From the NCBI RefSeq assembly GCF_041146345.1, contig NW_027191405.1:434001-498000 (forward strand): a stretch of 64,000 nucleotides of DNA, given 5' to 3'. This DNA is from Neodothiora populina (taxonomy: Eukaryota). The notes under the pieces are model-generated. The model was not told where the DNA came from and searched no databases. It worked only from the letters and a program-made list of their open reading frames with translations. Below are positions 62,695 through 64,000 of this stretch, piece after piece; position 1 is the stretch's first letter, and every line of letters begins with the position of its first letter. The translations under genes were made by a program, and so were the position numbers.

Positions 62695-63774
62695 CTAGGC
62701 TGCTGCGCGAACGATTCGCAGTCTGCTGTTGGGCCACCTCCGCGCACCAGGCACCGCTGCTGATGTGCCCCGGAGAGGCGGGACATTCTGGGGAGTCATG
62801 GTAGGGAGAGCGGATATCCTGCTAGCAGTGGTCGCACTCTGAACATCAGGAGCGGTGTCAGAAGAGTCTCCGATAGCTGTTTCCACGTCCCAAGCCTCTG
62901 ATGGCGCGGTGAGAGCATGTGGCTCATGCCTTGGCCACGCCGCTGGGTAGTTCAGAGTCCAAGTAGGCACGGTCATACCTTCCGTCACCACAAGGCGTAG
63001 GAAAGAGGGTAGACGGTATGTCAGTCCTTCTTCATCTTCTTGCTCTTCCATGGGCTCCACGGGAGGTGTGTGATAAGGTGGATATGGTTGTCCCATGGGG
63101 TGCCGTGGGTCGATTTTGCTCCAGTAGACGGTGATGGATCCATTGAAGCACCCTGCTATCTCCTGTAGATTACCAGCGAAATACTGGAACTTCTCCCATT
63201 GCCCGCTAGTGATCTCGGCACCCGTCAAAACCCCTTGAGCGGTGTATGAGTGGTATACGATGCGCAGGACGACCTTGGATCTGAAACGAGCCACCGAAAA
63301 TCGAGGCGTCGGAGCGCCGAGCTCTGCCTTTCGTGGAATGTGGCCTGAGATCAGGGCCACTTTCTCGATCATTGCATCGTAAAAATGGCGAAACAGGCTG
63401 AACCGCTCGACTTGGATGCGCTGGCGTTTGCCTGTCCTTGCGAAGCCGGCTGGATAGAAGACGTCCACGCTGTCGTCCTCTCGACTGCAAAGGACATGGC
63501 AGAATGGCCTTATGCCAGCTCGTAACTGTCTATGATCGAGGCATCTGCATACTGACAAAGGGAAAGGCTCCGCCATGGAGGGATATGGTGCCTTGTCCCT
63601 GCGACGCTCAGAAGATGCAGCAAGATAGCTCTCATAGTCGAAGCTCTTGATGATGGTGCCATCCGGTAATACTACTTCGTCTGACTTCAACTCACGATCC
63701 GGACTAGCGCCAATCTCTGTATGCTTTGCCCTGTGCTTCTCACAGCAGCGTGGGCCTCGATTTGTCCCACTCAT
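62695..63774 (-). CDS. Orphan hypothetical protein (359 aa)
   Basis: Uninterrupted 1080-bp ATG-initiated ORF; no family recognised; may have further upstream exons near or beyond the window edge. Confidence 0.6.
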   Translation of the reverse strand: MSGTNRGPRCCEKHRAKHTEIGASPDRELKSDEVVLPDGTIIKSFDYESYLAASSERRRDKAPYPSMAEPFPLSVCRCLDHRQLRAGIRPFCHVLCSREDDSVDVFYPAGFARTGKRQRIQVERFSLFRHFYDAMIEKVALISGHIPRKAELGAPTPRFSVARFRSKVVLRIVYHSYTAQGVLTGAEITSGQWEKFQYFAGNLQEIAGCFNGSITVYWSKIDPRHPMGQPYPPYHTPPVEPMEEQEDEEGLTYRLPSFLRLVVTEGMTVPTWTLNYPAAWPRHEPHALTAPSEAWDVETAIGDSSDTAPDVQSATTASRISALPTMTPQNVPPLRGTSAAVPGARRWPNSRLRIVRAAA

Positions 63775-64000
63775 GTTGGACCGAGTATCATGATGATATG
63801 TGTCATGTCTCGAACAGTGCCGAGCGATGTTTATACGGTTTCCCAGAAAAGCTCATTGTACACGGAGAAGGATGTTCACTTCACCGTCCAGGAGAGACGG
63901 TCATCAGCAGCCACTCATACGAAGTGCAATTCATGGAAAGAATGCTTATTGCACGTCCAGACTCCTGCTACGAACTTTGAGACAATAGTTGTTCGTCCGG

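Noticed and set aside
1..64000. CRISPR arrays, rRNA, snRNA, intact transposons or Starship captain genes
   Set aside because: No repeat-spacer arrays, recognisable rRNA/snRNA motifs, transposase, reverse-transcriptase or tyrosine-recombinase ORFs, or long terminal repeats were seen by eye; degenerate elements could have been missed.

Overview
Gene-dense chromosomal segment of a filamentous ascomycete (Pezizomycotina, probably Dothideomycetes; inferred from short GT-AG introns with CTRAY branch points and intron-containing tRNAs). It holds about 18 intact protein-coding genes. These are a Zn2Cys6 transcription factor, a DUF1640 protein, Puf3-type Pumilio, a single-pass membrane protein, GPI13, a small hypothetical protein, Ede1, a conserved hypothetical protein, Tsc2, Trs120, an extended SDR, an MFS transporter, a WW protein, a thioesterase, an enoyl-CoA isomerase, a DUF3074 protein, an esterase and an orphan. 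There are also three intron-containing tRNA genes (Ala-AGC, Thr-AGT, Glu-CTC) and a decayed fungal NLR pseudogene (SesB-like hydrolase, NB-ARC, TPR). Four observations stand out. (1) A candidate four-gene lipid-catabolism cluster: two divergent pairs with FarA/FarB-type CCGAGG motifs, and two of the proteins end in PTS1 signals. (2) A structured trailer behind tRNA-Thr carries a second B-box/T-loop-like copy before the Pol III terminator. (3) A single-pass membrane protein combines a perfect calcineurin PxIxIT motif with two LPxY motifs. (4) The NLR relic appears to have ended in a membrane anchor. Spliced gene models were read by eye and family calls come from recognised motifs; no database searches were run. 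No CRISPR array, rRNA or intact transposon was seen.
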